A stretch of 40,931 bases of DNA. Origin: Octopus bimaculoides. Its lineage: Eukaryota. Every line of letters starts with the position of its first letter. The stretch's first letter is position 1. The stretch spans positions 19,394,785-19,435,715 of the forward strand of contig NC_068992.1 of NCBI RefSeq assembly GCF_001194135.2, read 5' to 3'. Position numbers and translations under genes: made by a program. Of this stretch, positions 38,658 through 40,931 are shown one piece after another. A model generated the notes under the pieces. It was not told the origin of the DNA. It did no database searches and saw nothing but the letters and a program-made list of their open reading frames with translations.

Positions 38658-39440
38658 GAAAAAAAATTATTGAAATGATTCCAGATACATTCAAGTGAAT
38701 ACATTGTGGTGGAAAAATATATTTAAGCGATTTCATTATCCATTTGCTTTCACTTTCATAATGAACTGTTAATGCAGGACGTTTTCCTATTTCGTGATAT
38801 TGCTAGCCCCGTCAATTTTGCTTATCGAAGATGTTTCTATAACCTTTGAAAAAGCTAAAGTGATTGTTTTTTTTCTGAGGAACAAATTTCATTCTAATTT
38901 AATCAAGGAGGAACTGACATCACGATATTAGAAATAATTTAATGAAGAAAATTAAAAACATATGGTTTATTAGATTATTGACATTGAAAAATAATTTGAA
39001 ATAAAAATACGTACGTCTTTTTCACACAAAGCACGATCAAATTTGTATTTTTATAGAAAATTATTAACGTTGTTGTTGTTCTGGTGCTGAATTTTATCTT
39101 TCATTCAGATCTTCATGTTCTCGTCGTTGTATACTGCAACCTAAATTAAGTTCATGCTTGAAGTTAGCTGTTCTGCTTGCGTCGCTTGCAACGACATTAG
39201 ATTTAGGTATTTGGATTTTGTTTAAAAATAGAATATCAAATAACACGTGGAAAGAAATGAAATGATATTGATACTAGTATAAGCAGAAATACATACCCTG
39301 ACAAACTTACAAACGTGTACGCGCAGACAAGCACACACATACACACACGCACGCACACGCATACACACACGCACACATGTGTATGTATGTATGTGTGTAT
39401 GTATGTATGTGTGTATGTATGTATGTGTGTATGTATGTAA

Positions 39441-39472
<32 letters not shown>

Positions 39473-39675
39473 NNNNNNNNNNNNNNNNNNNNNNNNNNNN
39501 NNNNNNNNNNNNNNNNNNNNNNNNNNNNNNNNNNNNNNNNNNNNNNNNNNNNNNNNNNNNNNNNNNNNNNNNNNNNNNNNNNNNNNNNNNNNNNNNNNNN
39601 NNNNNNNNNNNNNNNNNNNNNNNNNNATATATTTACAAACATAGAAGGTGGGCCAAAACTCACGGACAATAAAGT

Positions 39676-39896
39676 TGACTGGCACGAACTGATTAGATTT
39701 TGGGATCAAACCGGCACGGGACAAGTATTCTAGATTAATTTTTATATTTACTTTACATGTAGTATTCCGATCTTACGGACTATTAAATCTTTCTCTGATT
39801 ATCTCCCTTAAAAGCACGCTCATAGTTTCTACGTGAGCTATGGAGGCGTTGCTGTTTCCAAAACTTTATTTTCGTTTCTCTATTATTAATCTTACC
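39676..39896. repeat. Left arm of ~221-bp inverted repeat
   Basis: Reverse complement of 40506-40727, with about 19 differences counted by eye. Confidence 0.95.
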
Positions 39897-40029
39897 AAAG
39901 AATTACTCTCAACACATGGCTACGTCGTTCTTCCACTACATCTGCTCGTGATCAGAGATGCACATATTGTCAAACCCCAAGGGACATGTTCAAAACGTTA
40001 AGGTGAAACAATTGTCATCCCAATGTTCA

Positions 40030-40300
40030 TCATGGGATGTGAAGGTAGTGTGTAGGCCCTATTTGTAATGCTGTGTAAGTGTCGTCTGCAGTTGGAATAG
40101 GGAAACTTTTCTCTACGAATGCCATTTTTAGTCTATCTACTGATATAGTGTCTTTACTACCATTAAGGTCTATAGTGAAACCTTTATCCGTGCATAATAG
40201 AAAATGGAAAGGACCTGCACAATGTGCTGTTAAGGGAGGTTTAACATCATCGTTGCGCACAAAATCGTGAGTCCAAGAAGTAAAGCTTCCTTCAAGGCCG
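40030..40300 (-). mobile_element. Gypsy/Ty3 LTR-retrotransposon integrase C-terminal fragment
   Basis: THDFVRNDDVKPPLTAHCAGPFHFLLCTDKGFTIDLNGSKDTISVDRLKMAF resembles the Gypsy tail THVFVRxDAVKPPLxxPYxGPFxVL...FTIDxNG..DTVSIDRLKPAF. Confidence 0.85.
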
Positions 40301-40505
40301 AGCTAAAAATGCGATTGTTACGTAGGTAATAGGATTTAAACAGGAAGGATATATTCAACATTGGTAAAACAAAAACTTGTCGAGGATAAATTAAATTTAT
40401 TATTATTACTGAATATGTTAATGTTATTTAATTTCTGAACGGTTTCGATGCCGTTTGTTTATGAAAGTTGATTTCTTTATCCATCAGTTTCTACTTAGAG
40501 ACGCG

Positions 40506-40727
40506 GGTAAGATTAATAATAGAGAAACGAAAACAAAAAATTTTGAAGCAGCAACGCCTCCATAGCTTACATAGAAACTAGGAGCGTGCTTTTAAGGGAG
40601 ATAATCAGAGAAAGATTTGAAAGTCCGTAAGATCGTAATACTTCATATAAAGTAAATATATAAATTAATCCAGAATACTTGTCCGGTGCCGGTTCGATTC
40701 CAACATCTAATCAGTTCGTGCCAGTCA
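40506..40727. repeat. Right arm of ~221-bp inverted repeat
   Basis: See 39676-39896. Confidence 0.95.
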
Positions 40728-40847
40728 CGACGCCAAACATCCCTGAACGTTTCATTCGAATGCACCCAGCGGATCATGAGATATCTTGTCCACGGTCAAA
40801 CAAACAAACATGATTGAAATCAATGCGTCTGCCTTTGCTAAGGTGGA

Positions 40848-40850
<3 letters not shown>

Positions 40851-40931
<81 letters not shown>
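40851..40931. repeat. (TAA)n microsatellite running off the window
   Basis: Direct reading. Confidence 0.97.

Noticed and set aside
40682-40727. GGTTCGATTCC B-box suggesting a tRNA gene
   Set aside because: No A-box or cloverleaf, and the inverted copy has the box mutated.

Overview
AT-rich eukaryotic, repeat-dominated DNA with about 10 N-gaps, most of them abutting microsatellites. The SINE families and repeat style look like an octopod cephalopod; this is recognition by eye, not a database result. No complete protein-coding gene, RNA gene or CRISPR can be supported, and nearly all long ORFs in the track are microsatellite or N-gap artefacts. Supportable content is: three tRNA-type SINE families (called A, B and C here); a 5'-retained, 3'-lost R4/Dong-clade non-LTR remnant interrupted by a TIR element; an RTE (Rex3/Expander-like) 3' end with a 232-bp tandem duplication; Tc1/mariner and pogo/Tigger-type elements and a MITE; a Gypsy integrase tail inside a ~221-bp inverted repeat; and a Penelope-type repeat end with a degenerate hammerhead ribozyme motif. 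A few + strand micro-exon candidates suggest the window could be intronic to a gene, but I cannot identify one. I do not see convincing evidence of a new biological system. The best leads are the hammerhead-like motif, the nested R4/TIR structure and the inverted repeats.
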